64,000 bases of DNA from Fibrobacter sp. UBA4309 (lineage in GTDB: Bacteria > Fibrobacterota > Fibrobacteria > Fibrobacterales > Fibrobacteraceae): positions 19,958-83,957 of the forward strand of contig NZ_DGUN01000027.1 in NCBI RefSeq assembly GCF_002395745.1. The letters run 5' to 3'. Below, in pieces: positions 54,634-64,000 of the stretch (position 1 is its first letter; each line of letters opens with the position of its first letter). The position numbers were made by a program, and so were the translations under genes. Below the pieces are notes generated by a model. That model did not search any database. It was not told the DNA's origin and saw nothing but the letters and a program-made list of their open reading frames with translations.

Positions 54634-54667
54634 AAAGACGTGTCGGTTCTCCGGTGCGTCTTTTTTT
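54634..54667 (+). terminator. Intrinsic terminator of the btu unit
   Basis: AAAGACGTGTCGG/CCGGTGCGTC stem plus T7. Confidence 0.7.
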
Positions 54668-54697
54668 GTGGGCGTGCGTATTTATTAAATTTTTGAT

Positions 54698-55543
54698 ATG
54701 CAGAAAATTGATACATGGTACAAGGCGGAGGGCTATTGCCCTATAGAGGAATTTGAACTCGCGAGCTACCTGCTTTTTGAGGCAGGCGTGGCGACGCTCG
54801 AGGAACTGGACCCCAAGGCGGAAGGCCGCACGGACTTCTGCTTTTATACGGGCGACAAGGCCGAACGCGACCGCATCGTGGCCGAGTTCCCGCAGTACCA
54901 TTTTACGCTGAGCGACGAACCCGCGAAGGATTGGGACAAGTGGTGGCGCGACCGCGCGCAGCCCGTGTCTGTGTCCCCGCATTTGTGGGTGCGCCCGCCC
55001 TGGGTGGAATTTACGCCCGACGACCCGAAGGCCGTGGTGCTTGAACTTGAGGCGAAAACGGCTTTTGGTACCGGCGAGCACGACACGACAAGCAGTTGTG
55101 CGACTCTCATGGAAAATATCGATTTCAACGGCAAGACGGTGCTCGACATCGGTACGGGAACGGGTATTTTGGCGATGTACGCACGCCGCTTGGGCGCAAA
55201 GCTTGCGGTAGGCACCGAAATCGACCCGCTTACCATTCCCTGCATTGCCGAAAACTTCGAACGCAACGGTTTCGACAAGAGCGACTGCATTCTCGGATTT
55301 TTGGATGCCTTCAAGGACGGCGCCAAATTTGACGTCATCCTCTGCAACATGATCCGCAGCGAACTGTGGCCGCTTCGCGACGATATCGAAGACTTGCTTG
55401 CCGCTGGCGGCGAACTCATCATTTCGGGTCAGCTCCTGACCGAGAAGGATTATATCCTCAAGTGGTTCGAAGAAGCCGGCTTCAAGGTGAAGCAAGAAAG
55501 AATCAGTACGGAGTGGTGGAGTGTGCTCGCGGTTAATGCCTAG
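54698..55543 (+). CDS. prmA: Ribosomal protein L11 methyltransferase
   Basis: DWDKWW, AFGTGEHDTT, VLDIGTGTGIL, EIDP, ISG. Confidence 0.9.
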   Translation: MQKIDTWYKAEGYCPIEEFELASYLLFEAGVATLEELDPKAEGRTDFCFYTGDKAERDRIVAEFPQYHFTLSDEPAKDWDKWWRDRAQPVSVSPHLWVRPPWVEFTPDDPKAVVLELEAKTAFGTGEHDTTSSCATLMENIDFNGKTVLDIGTGTGILAMYARRLGAKLAVGTEIDPLTIPCIAENFERNGFDKSDCILGFLDAFKDGAKFDVILCNMIRSELWPLRDDIEDLLAAGGELIISGQLLTEKDYILKWFEEAGFKVKQERISTEWWSVLAVNA

Positions 55544-55575
55544 TCATTATTGCGAGACGATAAAACAATCCGCTT

Positions 55576-57741
55576 TTATTTCCCGCGTCGCCTGGAACTG
55601 AACTGTACCGGGGGAGTATTCCTGTTCTTGCCGCCAAAGTCGCGGCGGCTATCGTTTCCGCGATTCTTGTTGAAATCGCGATTGTCGCGGTTGGCATGGA
55701 ATTCGCGACGTCCTTCGCGCTGGTTGTTGCTGGATGCGTCGCCGAACTGCGCGGCACGGCGTTCCCTGCGGGCGGAATTTTCCCAGCGGCCCTTCTCGCC
55801 GACTTTCTTGGGCACGATGGTGACGGAGCGCTGTTCGCGTTTCTGCTGTTCGCGCTCGCGGTACTCGGCGTTGGCTTCGCGTTCCTTGCTCGGGAAAAAT
55901 TCCTTGCCTTCGGCCTTGGCGCTGCGGCTTAATAGCAGGCGCCCAATTTTGCCGAGCTTCAGGCGTTCTAAAGTCGCGCGGATTTGCGGGCGGTTCTCGG
56001 GTATGTACCAGAAGAAGAATTGCCGCTGGCTCTTCTTTTGCTCCGGAGTCTTCGCCACGTAAAGTGGCTTTCCGTCGGGCGTGAGCTCGGAATAGAACAT
56101 CTCGGTGGCAATCGTCATCGGCGTGGGGGTAAAATCCTGCACCTGCTCCAGTTGGAACCCGAGCTGCTTTGTCTCGAGTGCAAGTTCCGCCATATCGGCC
56201 TCGGTGCATCCCGGGTGGCTACTGATAAAGTAAGGGATAATCTGCTGGCGCTTGCCGATGCGCTTGCATTCGTCGTCGAAGAATTCCTTGAACTTGTGGA
56301 ACAGCGTAAAACTCGGCTTGCGCATGAGTTTCAGCACTTCGTCGCTCGTGTGTTCCGGCGCCACCTTCAGGCGTCCGCTCACATGATAGTCGATGAGTTC
56401 GCGGGCGTATTCCTCGTGGTCGCGGCGCAGTTCCTCGTCGTTCGTCTCTTGCAGCAGCATGTCGTAGCGGACTCCGCTCCCGATAAACAGGTGCTTTACC
56501 TTCGGATGGTTGCGCACTTCGCGGTAGAGTTCCAAGAGCTCCTTGTGGTGCGTGTCCATGTTGTCGCAAATCTTGGGCGTGAGGCAACTGGCCCTCGCGC
56601 ATTTCTGGCATCGGCCGGGGTCCTTGCCGCGCATGTTGTACATGTTGGCGCTCGGGCCGCCCAAATCGGTGATGGTACCGGCAAAACCGTCCATCTTGGT
56701 AATCAAATCGACTTCGCGCAAAATGCTTTCGCGGCTACGGCTCGCGATGAACTTGCCCTGGTGCGCGTTGATGGCGCAAAAACTGCAACCGCCGAAACAA
56801 CCGCGGTGCGTGTTGATGCTGAACTTGATCATGTCGAACGCGGGCACGTTGCCACGCTTCTTGTAACGCGGATGCGGTTCACGCGCGTACGGGTATTCAA
56901 AGCTCTCGTCGAGTTCGCCGTATTCGAGCGGCGGGTACGCGGGGTTTATCACGACGGTCTGTTCCGCGACATCCTGCAATATGCGGCGCTGGAACCACTT
57001 GTTGCATTCGATGTCCACCTTGCGGCAGTTTTCCATTTGCGTGCGCTTGCTCGCGAGGCATTCCTCGTGGCTTGCGAGCCGCATGTCTTCCCAGTGGTTG
57101 TTCTTCGGGACGTTCCCCTTGGGCGCGAGGTATGCTGTTTGCGGAATAGAATTCAAACTTGAGAACGGCACTCCCTTCTTTAGGAGCCTCACCATCTCTT
57201 TCAGGGGCTTTTCGCCCATGCCGTAAACGAGGAGGTCGGCCTGCGTGTCGAACAAAATACTCGGTTTTAACTTGTCGCTCCAGTAATCGTAATGCGTCAC
57301 GCGGCGCAAACTCGATTCTAGCCCGCCGATCATCAGCGGAACATCGGGGTAGAGCTTCTTTAAAATCTTCGCGTAGGTGTACGTGGCATAGTCGGGGCGG
57401 AACCCTGCCTTGTTGCCGGGAGTGAACGCGTCGTCGCTACGCAGGCGCTTGGCGGCGGTGTAGTGGTTCACCATGCTGTCCATGCCGCTGCTGATTGCGA
57501 AGAACATGCGTGGCTTGCCCAACTTCTTGAAATCGCGCAGGTCGTCGCGCCAGTTGGGCTGCGGCAGAATCGCGACCCGCAAACCTTCGTGTTCAAAGAG
57601 GCGCCCGACCACGGCATGCCCGAAGCACGGATGGTCCACGTAGGCGTCGGCACTCACGATAATCACGTCCACGTAATCCCAGCCGAGTTCGTCCAGGTCT
57701 TCCTTGCAGATGGGTAAAAATCGCGGGTCGTAGGTGGCCAT
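55576..57741 (-). CDS. ygiQ: YgiQ/UPF0313-family radical SAM protein
   Basis: DAYVDHP.FG, DAFTPG, RRVTHYDYW, HRGCFGGCSFC, GSGVRYD, KVAPEH, QVQDFTPTP. Confidence 0.93.
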   Translation of the reverse strand: MATYDPRFLPICKEDLDELGWDYVDVIIVSADAYVDHPCFGHAVVGRLFEHEGLRVAILPQPNWRDDLRDFKKLGKPRMFFAISSGMDSMVNHYTAAKRLRSDDAFTPGNKAGFRPDYATYTYAKILKKLYPDVPLMIGGLESSLRRVTHYDYWSDKLKPSILFDTQADLLVYGMGEKPLKEMVRLLKKGVPFSSLNSIPQTAYLAPKGNVPKNNHWEDMRLASHEECLASKRTQMENCRKVDIECNKWFQRRILQDVAEQTVVINPAYPPLEYGELDESFEYPYAREPHPRYKKRGNVPAFDMIKFSINTHRGCFGGCSFCAINAHQGKFIASRSRESILREVDLITKMDGFAGTITDLGGPSANMYNMRGKDPGRCQKCARASCLTPKICDNMDTHHKELLELYREVRNHPKVKHLFIGSGVRYDMLLQETNDEELRRDHEEYARELIDYHVSGRLKVAPEHTSDEVLKLMRKPSFTLFHKFKEFFDDECKRIGKRQQIIPYFISSHPGCTEADMAELALETKQLGFQLEQVQDFTPTPMTIATEMFYSELTPDGKPLYVAKTPEQKKSQRQFFFWYIPENRPQIRATLERLKLGKIGRLLLSRSAKAEGKEFFPSKEREANAEYREREQQKREQRSVTIVPKKVGEKGRWENSARRERRAAQFGDASSNNQREGRREFHANRDNRDFNKNRGNDSRRDFGGKNRNTPPVQFSSRRRGK

Positions 57742-57838
57742 ATCGCAAAATGTAGAAAAAAGGCTGTTTTTTTATGGACGGCTATTGGAATTACGCGTCT
57801 TTTAGTGTATTTTTCAAAGAGAAATAGAGGAGAATGAG

Positions 57839-58252
57839 ATGCATTTGTTCAAAATATTTCCTATAGCCCTGTGCTGTGCCGCCGTGTCGTTCTGGGCTTG
57901 TGGCGACGATTCCAGTTCCGGTCCTTCAAATGAAGAAGCACCGGCCTCTTCCGATGATGGCCAGCTGTTCCATTTGTCGAGTTCCCCTACCCTGAGCAGT
58001 TCCTCCGTTGACGAACCCACTTCGTCGGAACCGCGCGGGCAGATTATTCCGGAATCTTCTTCGGCACCGGCCCATCCTGGGCAGAATTGCGCTTCGGACG
58101 TGTTTCCGAATGTTACCGTCAAGAATATCGAAACGGTGAGTATAAGTTGCAGTTCAGGAACCGAAGGCTGGCTCGTCCTGTTGGCCGACCAGAACAAGCT
58201 CCTTACCTGTAAGGACGGCAACTGGGAAGAATCCCTGCTGGACGATTGCTAG
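57839..58252 (+). CDS. Ser-rich lipoprotein
   Basis: Lipobox FWAC-GDDSSS, C-terminal C...C.DGNW module. Confidence 0.7.
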   Translation: MHLFKIFPIALCCAAVSFWACGDDSSSGPSNEEAPASSDDGQLFHLSSSPTLSSSSVDEPTSSEPRGQIIPESSSAPAHPGQNCASDVFPNVTVKNIETVSISCSSGTEGWLVLLADQNKLLTCKDGNWEESLLDDC

Positions 58253-58899
58253 TCCTCGCCGCTTGCTGAACAGTTTGCTTCGGCATCGCGTCTGGAGTAG
58301 ACGCAACCGCAATAATTTTGTCTGTAAAGGTTGTATTCGGCGGATAGCTGGATCGACCTCTTGTATCCACCCTTTTTCTTGAAATCGCTCGGAAGCCTGC
58401 GTACGCCGTAGGCTTCGCTTTGTTCCTGAACCACCTCGTTCAACACCTTGGCGTCTTTTTTGGGGCTTATGGTGAGGGTGGTAGTAAAGTAATCGGCGTT
58501 CAGCTTCTTGGCGAGCCGTGCCGATTCCGCGAGGCGCAATTCAAAGCACTTGCGACAACGCTTGCCACCTTCGGGTTCGTTTTCGAACCCGCGTACGGCA
58601 TCGTAGAATTTTTTCGGGTCGTATTCGCCCTCGATGAGTGTTACGGGATTCTTCGTCTTGAATTCCGCGACAAACCGCTTGATTTCGTTGACCCTGTGCT
58701 GGTATTCTTCGGCAGGGGCGATATTCGGGTTGTAGTAGAACAACGTAATCCTGAAATACTGCGACAGGTATTCGATAGTGTAGCTGCTGCAGGGGGCACA
58801 GCATGCGTGCAATAGCAAGTGCGGCACTTCTCCGGTGCGTTCCAGGCGCCGGATGATATAGTTCAGGTCGCGTTGGTAATTGTGGTAGGCTTCGGGCAT
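58249..58899 (-). CDS. queH: Epoxyqueuosine reductase QueH (DUF208)
   Basis: LLHACCAPCS, YYNPNI, RC..CF.LRL, LYRQNYCGC. ATG 58899. Confidence 0.93.
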   Translation of the reverse strand: MPEAYHNYQRDLNYIIRRLERTGEVPHLLLHACCAPCSSYTIEYLSQYFRITLFYYNPNIAPAEEYQHRVNEIKRFVAEFKTKNPVTLIEGEYDPKKFYDAVRGFENEPEGGKRCRKCFELRLAESARLAKKLNADYFTTTLTISPKKDAKVLNEVVQEQSEAYGVRRLPSDFKKKGGYKRSIQLSAEYNLYRQNYCGCVYSRRDAEANCSASGED

Positions 58900-58901
58900 C
58901 T

Positions 58902-59294
58902 TTATTCCCAGGGAAGGGTCCCGAAGGCGGTTATCCAGTAGCCGATTGTCGTGACTATGGCGAAAGCGCCCATGCGCGTGCGTTCCTTGTAGCTGGTGCT
59001 GAACAGGACCGTCGCCGTGTAGAAGGTCATGTAGAGGGCAAAGAAAAAGGCGAGGATGCGGAGAATTTCGACGGGCAAGAAACAGGGGATGACGGTCCCG
59101 GCGGTGAGCAGTACCGTAAGGGCGATGAACTGCATGATAATCGGCATTACGAATGCCTTGCGGACTTCTTTCGGGACGACGGTGTGTCGTCCGTTCATGG
59201 CATAAGCTCCGAGGGGAGCGCCACAGGCGAGGGCGATGTTCAAAATGATGGAAGGCATAAAACTGATTGCCGCTATGATGGAGACGATAAGCAT
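58902..59294 (-). CDS. Small integral membrane protein
   Basis: Four hydrophobic segments, GAPLGAYAMNG. Confidence 0.6.
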   Translation of the reverse strand: MLIVSIIAAISFMPSIILNIALACGAPLGAYAMNGRHTVVPKEVRKAFVMPIIMQFIALTVLLTAGTVIPCFLPVEILRILAFFFALYMTFYTATVLFSTSYKERTRMGAFAIVTTIGYWITAFGTLPWE

Positions 59295-59495
59295 GGCTGT
59301 AAAGATACAAAAAGCCCCTTCGGGTAAAGGAGGTAACCGGAAGGGGCTAGGGAGTGTTTGGGTATGCCATTAAGATACAAACTTGTCTTGACAAAAGTCC
59401 ATGTGCTGGTGTAATTCCTGTATACTCGGGTATACAGCGGTAACCACCGGGAAAAAGAAAAAGCATCAAAAAGCGCAAATTTCCGCAATCGGTTG

Positions 59496-60869
59496 CTAAA
59501 AGAGCCATTTCACGGCTATGCTTCCGCGTGTCGGGCGTAACGATTTGTTTACGTTTTTCTGAAAAGTCGTCGTGACGGAAAGGTTCAGGAACCCCGCGGC
59601 GAAGTGGGCTTCGTTCTGTAACTGCATCCGTTTCGACGGCCTTGCGTCCGGCGCGACGAGGATGAGCTTCGCGTAGTTCCTTGGCGAGTCCCTGTAGCGC
59701 AGGAACGTCTCGATACGCGGCGGCCCGGGGCCGTCCCTTCTTGAATACCTCTCTCTCGCGGATGTCCCTGCCGTCCAGTTGTCGGAAAAGCTGGATTGAA
59801 CGCTTCCCTTCCAGTCGCTTTTTTCACAGTCGTCCCGCAGTTCGATACATGTCGCTGAAAAGCCTCCCCGGAATATTTCCGGTCCGCTTTGTAGTGTGGC
59901 CTTGAGGCGGGTGGAAACGCTGTCGCCATGGATCGGGTTGATGATTCTCGTGTTGAATTCGAATTTTGTGTTGTATATTTCGTGTGCCGTGAACCCGACA
60001 GTCTGCGCACCCCACAGGCGGCTTTGGCGGATGGTGGAACTCAGCCGGGCCATCGCTGGTATGGAGTCTCCGTGAATGTAGGCGGTTGTGCTCCAGGCGA
60101 ATGCGATAGGCTCGTTTTTTGATTGTCGTTTTCGGTGTCGCAGTTCTATCTTGGCGAGCGGGGCGTCCTGATCTTTCTGGTACCACACGCTGGCTTTGCC
60201 AAAACCGAAATCGGCCTGTAATGAGGCGGAGCGGAATTCGTCATGGCGTTCCCTGCGGGCGTCCCAGTAGGTGGCGGTTATGGAAGCCTGTTTGCCGAAC
60301 ACGTATCCGAGCCCGGCGCGGGCGATGGTGGACGTATCCAGTGAAGCCGAAATTCGGAAGTTGCCGATGGGATAGAGCAGGGTCGTACCCCAAAGCGTGT
60401 CGAGCGGAATATGGCTATGGAGTTCGTTTGTAGAAAAATCCCCGAAGTGCGCTTCGCTATCGCCGTTCTTGTACGAAAGAGTCCTTTGCGAACCGAGCCT
60501 AAGAGTGTAGCGGTAGAACGATAGGTGCAGTTCTTCCCTGTGGCTTTCCAGGTTGCCGGAAGAATCGAGCCTGGCCTTGACGAGCAGGTATCCTGTGGGT
60601 TTCAGGGAAGGCCGTTTCGGTTCTTTCTGTTTTGGGGACTTGACTTTTTTCGGCGGGGCGTCTTCGCAGGGCTCCTGTGCGTAGACTTCTGCCAGCAGGC
60701 ACGCTTCGCCGGTGTTGCCTTCGTCCAGTAGCAGCAGGATCTCGTCCGCTTCTTCGGGCGTGATGATGCCTGCATCCCACCAGTCGAATACCTGGGCGTC
60801 GGTCACGGCCGCCTGCGATATCCCCAGGAACAGCCCGAGTATGGAAATCTTGAAAAAAATCCGGTCCAT
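59496..60869 (-). CDS. Hypothetical outer-membrane beta-barrel protein with a short N-terminal helical domain
   Basis: Signal peptide, alternating beta pattern, C-terminal IAVKWLF beta-signal. Confidence 0.55.
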   Translation of the reverse strand: MDRIFFKISILGLFLGISQAAVTDAQVFDWWDAGIITPEEADEILLLLDEGNTGEACLLAEVYAQEPCEDAPPKKVKSPKQKEPKRPSLKPTGYLLVKARLDSSGNLESHREELHLSFYRYTLRLGSQRTLSYKNGDSEAHFGDFSTNELHSHIPLDTLWGTTLLYPIGNFRISASLDTSTIARAGLGYVFGKQASITATYWDARRERHDEFRSASLQADFGFGKASVWYQKDQDAPLAKIELRHRKRQSKNEPIAFAWSTTAYIHGDSIPAMARLSSTIRQSRLWGAQTVGFTAHEIYNTKFEFNTRIINPIHGDSVSTRLKATLQSGPEIFRGGFSATCIELRDDCEKSDWKGSVQSSFSDNWTAGTSARERYSRRDGPGPPRIETFLRYRDSPRNYAKLILVAPDARPSKRMQLQNEAHFAAGFLNLSVTTTFQKNVNKSLRPTRGSIAVKWLF

Positions 60870-60931
60870 ACCTTATAGACGGAATTTTTCGGGAAGACGT
60901 GCCGTACGACAACTTTTTTATCTTTGGGTAC

Positions 60932-61705
60932 ATGAATCCGAACTGGTCGAAAAAAGCGCCAAGTCGACAGCCATCTCGCGGAGCCAATGCCGTGGGCAGG
61001 GACTTTGTGCCGCATCTCAAGGCTCCCCGTACCGAATTTCCGCTGTTCGGCGGAAAACGTGTTACGCCTTCTCTTGCCGGTCTAGACAAGCTGCTGCACT
61101 ATTACGGCGTGGAACTCCAGGAAAAGACGCTCAAGCAGATTTGGGAATTCCACCAGCTTCTGCGCGCGAATAACGACGACCAGGACCTTACGCGCCTGAA
61201 TGCTTTCGAGACGATGGTGGAGCGCCACTACGCCGACTGTACGCTTATCAATGCCTACGTCCCACAGTGGCCCGCCCGCATGATAGACGTTGGGAGCGGC
61301 GCCGGGTTCCCGGGAATCCCGCTCAAGCTCGTGAATCCGCAGATTCGCCTTACTTTGTGCGAACCGCGCCCGAACCGCATCAATTTCTTGAACATGGTTA
61401 TCGAGAAGATGGGCCTGAAGGGTATAGATGTCTTTGGTCACAAGGTCACGAGCAGGAGCATGACGATTCCTGTAGACGGCGTCATCAGCCGCGCCTTCGA
61501 ACTCATGGAAAAGACGTTGCCGCGCCTGGCCAATTCGCTCAAGGTGGGCGGCCGAGTGTTCTTCATGAAGGGTCCTGCCGTTGCCGACGAACTAAAGACC
61601 TTCCATCCCGAAGATTTCGGGTACAAGTTCGCGGGCAAGCATTTCTACACCATCCCGAACAGCACGCAGGAACGCGCGCTGATTATTTTGGAAAGAGTGG
61701 AATAG
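60932..61705 (+). CDS. rsmG: 16S rRNA m7G527 methyltransferase
   Basis: NLTRL-like DLTRL, RHYADC, DVGSGAGFPGIPL, SRAF, MKG. ATG lies 5 nt after TATCTTTG. Confidence 0.92.
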   Translation: MNPNWSKKAPSRQPSRGANAVGRDFVPHLKAPRTEFPLFGGKRVTPSLAGLDKLLHYYGVELQEKTLKQIWEFHQLLRANNDDQDLTRLNAFETMVERHYADCTLINAYVPQWPARMIDVGSGAGFPGIPLKLVNPQIRLTLCEPRPNRINFLNMVIEKMGLKGIDVFGHKVTSRSMTIPVDGVISRAFELMEKTLPRLANSLKVGGRVFFMKGPAVADELKTFHPEDFGYKFAGKHFYTIPNSTQERALIILERVE

Positions 61706-61716
61706 GGATGTGGGAT

Positions 61717-61783
61717 GTCATCCTTGGCCTGTCATCCTCCTCGCTTCACTCGGAGGATGACTCGGTAATCGCGGCGTAGCCGC
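61717..61783. repeat. REP-like elements and a GTA-triloop mini-hairpin between convergent genes
   Basis: GTCATCCTTGGCC at 61717, GTCATCCTCC/GGAGGATGAC at 61731-61761, GCGGC-GTA-GCCGC at 61771-61783. Confidence 0.8.
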
Positions 61784-63969
61784 TAGAACTTGAACAGCAT
61801 GCCGAAGCGCATCTGGCCGTCACGTACGCCGTCGTGATCACCCACGTCCTTGATGGTCGCGAAGTCGAACTGCAGCACGTCGCTGAGCATAAAACCGAAA
61901 CCGAAGTCCACTTCGTTACGCTTGCCGGTATCGTCGTAGAGGTAGCCGAGGCGAAGTGCGATGGTGTTCGAATAGATGAATTCCGTACCGACATTGAACA
62001 CGCCCTGCATCAGGGAGTTCTTTGCCGCGGTCAGTCCGTCACCTTCGCGTTCCGGATTCACGATGGATTTCCAGCATGCGATGTAGAACGGTTCAGGGTC
62101 GCCCTTGTCGTCGTCGTAAACGACTTCTCGGTTGTAGTCGGCGGCGATAATCCACTTGTAGTCGGCGAGGCTCAGCAGCTCGTAAGAAAGGCCGAGACGC
62201 CAGGTCAATGGAATCGGGTCTTCGATCGTCTTGTCCACATAGTAGACGCTCGGACCGATGTTCGCGAGAACGAGTGCGAGGTTCAGCTTGTCGACGATGA
62301 GGTTCTTCTTGAGTACGCCGATGTCGAACGCGTAGCCGAATGTTGTCGCTTCTTCTTCGCCGGTTGAGGCTCCGGAACTCAGGTCGGAATAGAAGAACTT
62401 GATAGAAAGGCCCAGACCCCAGTCGTTCGGGAACCTTGTGCCGTAGCTGATGCCGCCGACGATTTCGGAACTGTTGTAGGCAACCAGGTCATCGGCGTCC
62501 ACATCGCCCGAAACGACGGTAGAACCGAAGCTGACGAAGTTCACGGAGAATCCGATGGTGCCCCAGTCGTTCAGCGGAATGGTAAGGCCGCCGTACAGGT
62601 GGTAGAGATCGGGAATGTTCAGGATGGGCAGGAGCTTTTCGTAGAATGCCGTAAGCTGGTAGTCGGCGTCCTTGTACTGTTCCATGCCCTTGGAGGTGCT
62701 GAACCAGACGTCGTTGCCTTGCGGGAGGACTGCCCAGACCTTGTTGCTACTGAGTCCGTTTCCCGAATGGAAATGCGTCCACTCGTCATCTTTTTTGACG
62801 GAACCTTCTTCTTCGGCTGCGCCGCGTTCAAGTTCTGCCTTGCGTCCGCTGGCGGTCGCATAGTCGGGGAGGTGCTTCCACACGCCCTTGTCCGTAGCGA
62901 TCCAGATGCTGCCGCGCTGGTCGACAGAAATGGAATTGACGGTGTTGTCGGCGAACTGGACCTGTTCCCACTTGCGGAGGGTGAAGTGGCTGAGGCCGCC
63001 CTTGTGTGCCGCCCAGATGTGTCCGGAACTGTCTACGGCGAGATCGGTCGCATGCAAGTCCATGATGCCGTCTTCTTCGTTGAACAGGCTCCAGCGGTCC
63101 TTGTCGTTTACGCTCTTTTTCGGGACGAGACGCGCGATGCCGGCGCCGTCGGCGGCCACATAGAGCTCCTTGCGGTTTTCGGACCATACAAGCGCGTTGA
63201 TTTTCTGGCTCGGGAGGACCTTGCCCTTCTGTTCGAACTGGCCGTTGCGGTAGAGGAACAGGCCGTTCTCCGTTCCGATCCACAGGGAAGCGCCCTGGCT
63301 TGCGAGCGCGGAGATGCGGTGCACGCCGAGTTCGGATTCGTAACTTTTCCAGCCCTTGCCGTCAAAGCGGAAAAGGCCCTTCGGGGTGCCGACCCAGAGT
63401 TTTTCTGTGCGGTCGTCGTACAGGACTGCGGTGACGGTGTCGTTGACCACCAGGTTCCAGGGCATCTTGACTTCGACCACGTGCGATTCGTCATCGGCGT
63501 TCTTGATGTCGTTGAATTTTTTCACCTGGCGGGAGTATTCGTCCAGTCCGCGTTCGGTCCCTACATAGACTTTTACGGCGTCGCGCACCTTGGCATTGCC
63601 CTGGAGCGTGACGGAGTGGTAGTCCACCCACTGCTCGCCGTCGAATTTCAATATGCCTTCTGCCGTACCTGCCCAGAGTTCGCTCTTGGCGAAGAATCCG
63701 TTCTTGGAACGACTGGTCATGCTGGTAAAGAAGGGCGCTTCCTTGGTTTCCTTGGTATAGGATACGCGCCATTCGTCGGCCAGGGGGCCGAAAGCGAGCC
63801 CCGCCGGGTTGTAGTACATCGCGGTAGCGTCGTCTGCCAGTGCAGCACCGGCTTCGCCCATGCCCAACTGGCGGGCGCCGACAGGCATTTCCAGGGTGAT
63901 GATCGCCGAACCGGCTGCAAAAGAAATAGCAGGTGCCAAAAGAAGGGCTGATAATAGGGATTTACGCAA
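61783..63969 (-). CDS. PorV/PorQ-family (T9SS) outer-membrane barrel with an inserted beta-propeller
   Basis: GARQLGMGEA..DDATAMYYNPAGLAF, propeller blades (LWVGT.KGL, IWIATDKGV), then PorV-like strands ending RFGMLFKF. TTG start. Confidence 0.82.
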   Translation of the reverse strand: MRKSLLSALLLAPAISFAAGSAIITLEMPVGARQLGMGEAGAALADDATAMYYNPAGLAFGPLADEWRVSYTKETKEAPFFTSMTSRSKNGFFAKSELWAGTAEGILKFDGEQWVDYHSVTLQGNAKVRDAVKVYVGTERGLDEYSRQVKKFNDIKNADDESHVVEVKMPWNLVVNDTVTAVLYDDRTEKLWVGTPKGLFRFDGKGWKSYESELGVHRISALASQGASLWIGTENGLFLYRNGQFEQKGKVLPSQKINALVWSENRKELYVAADGAGIARLVPKKSVNDKDRWSLFNEEDGIMDLHATDLAVDSSGHIWAAHKGGLSHFTLRKWEQVQFADNTVNSISVDQRGSIWIATDKGVWKHLPDYATASGRKAELERGAAEEEGSVKKDDEWTHFHSGNGLSSNKVWAVLPQGNDVWFSTSKGMEQYKDADYQLTAFYEKLLPILNIPDLYHLYGGLTIPLNDWGTIGFSVNFVSFGSTVVSGDVDADDLVAYNSSEIVGGISYGTRFPNDWGLGLSIKFFYSDLSSGASTGEEEATTFGYAFDIGVLKKNLIVDKLNLALVLANIGPSVYYVDKTIEDPIPLTWRLGLSYELLSLADYKWIIAADYNREVVYDDDKGDPEPFYIACWKSIVNPEREGDGLTAAKNSLMQGVFNVGTEFIYSNTIALRLGYLYDDTGKRNEVDFGFGFMLSDVLQFDFATIKDVGDHDGVRDGQMRFGMLFKF

Positions 63970-64000
63970 GTTGCCTCCAATCGGGGACGTCGTAGGTGTT

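Noticed and set aside
54698-58899. Functional link between the B12 uptake unit and neighbouring ygiQ/queH
   Set aside because: A terminator and orientation changes separate them, and QueH is the B12-independent reductase. Proximity alone is not evidence.
58900-59310. 137-aa N-terminal extension of QueH
   Set aside because: It overlaps a separate membrane-protein ORF in another frame; QueH homology starts at 58899.

Overview
Core-genome-like 64 kb window from a Fibrobacter-type bacterium. The taxon is inferred from a TIGR02147-family gene, a FISUMP-domain gene, a CedA-like GH5, Ser-rich lipoproteins and a T9SS PorV-like gene. It holds about 55 genes: housekeeping (ispA, dxs, pyrF, aroD, clpP, ftsY, prmA, rsmG, queH, eda), fibre degradation (CE2, CE1-like esterase, GH5, expansin-like lipoprotein), tRNA-Val(CAC), a cobalamin riboswitch-btuB-btuG-like unit, two diguanylate cyclases and a GtrA/flavoenzyme/GT-C glycosylation cluster. 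No prophage, IS, integrase or CRISPR-Cas is visible. Best leads: (1) an inner-membrane GT2 fused in frame, through an internal signal peptide, to a predicted 8-stranded outer-membrane barrel; (2) a PorV-like barrel split by a ~376-aa beta-propeller; (3) a dispersed family of REP-like hairpins, heptamer repeats and GNA-triloop mini-hairpins, two of them translated inside proteins, plus a perfect 56-bp palindrome; (4) a lipoprotein expansin. All family calls come from motif recognition by eye; no database searches were run.
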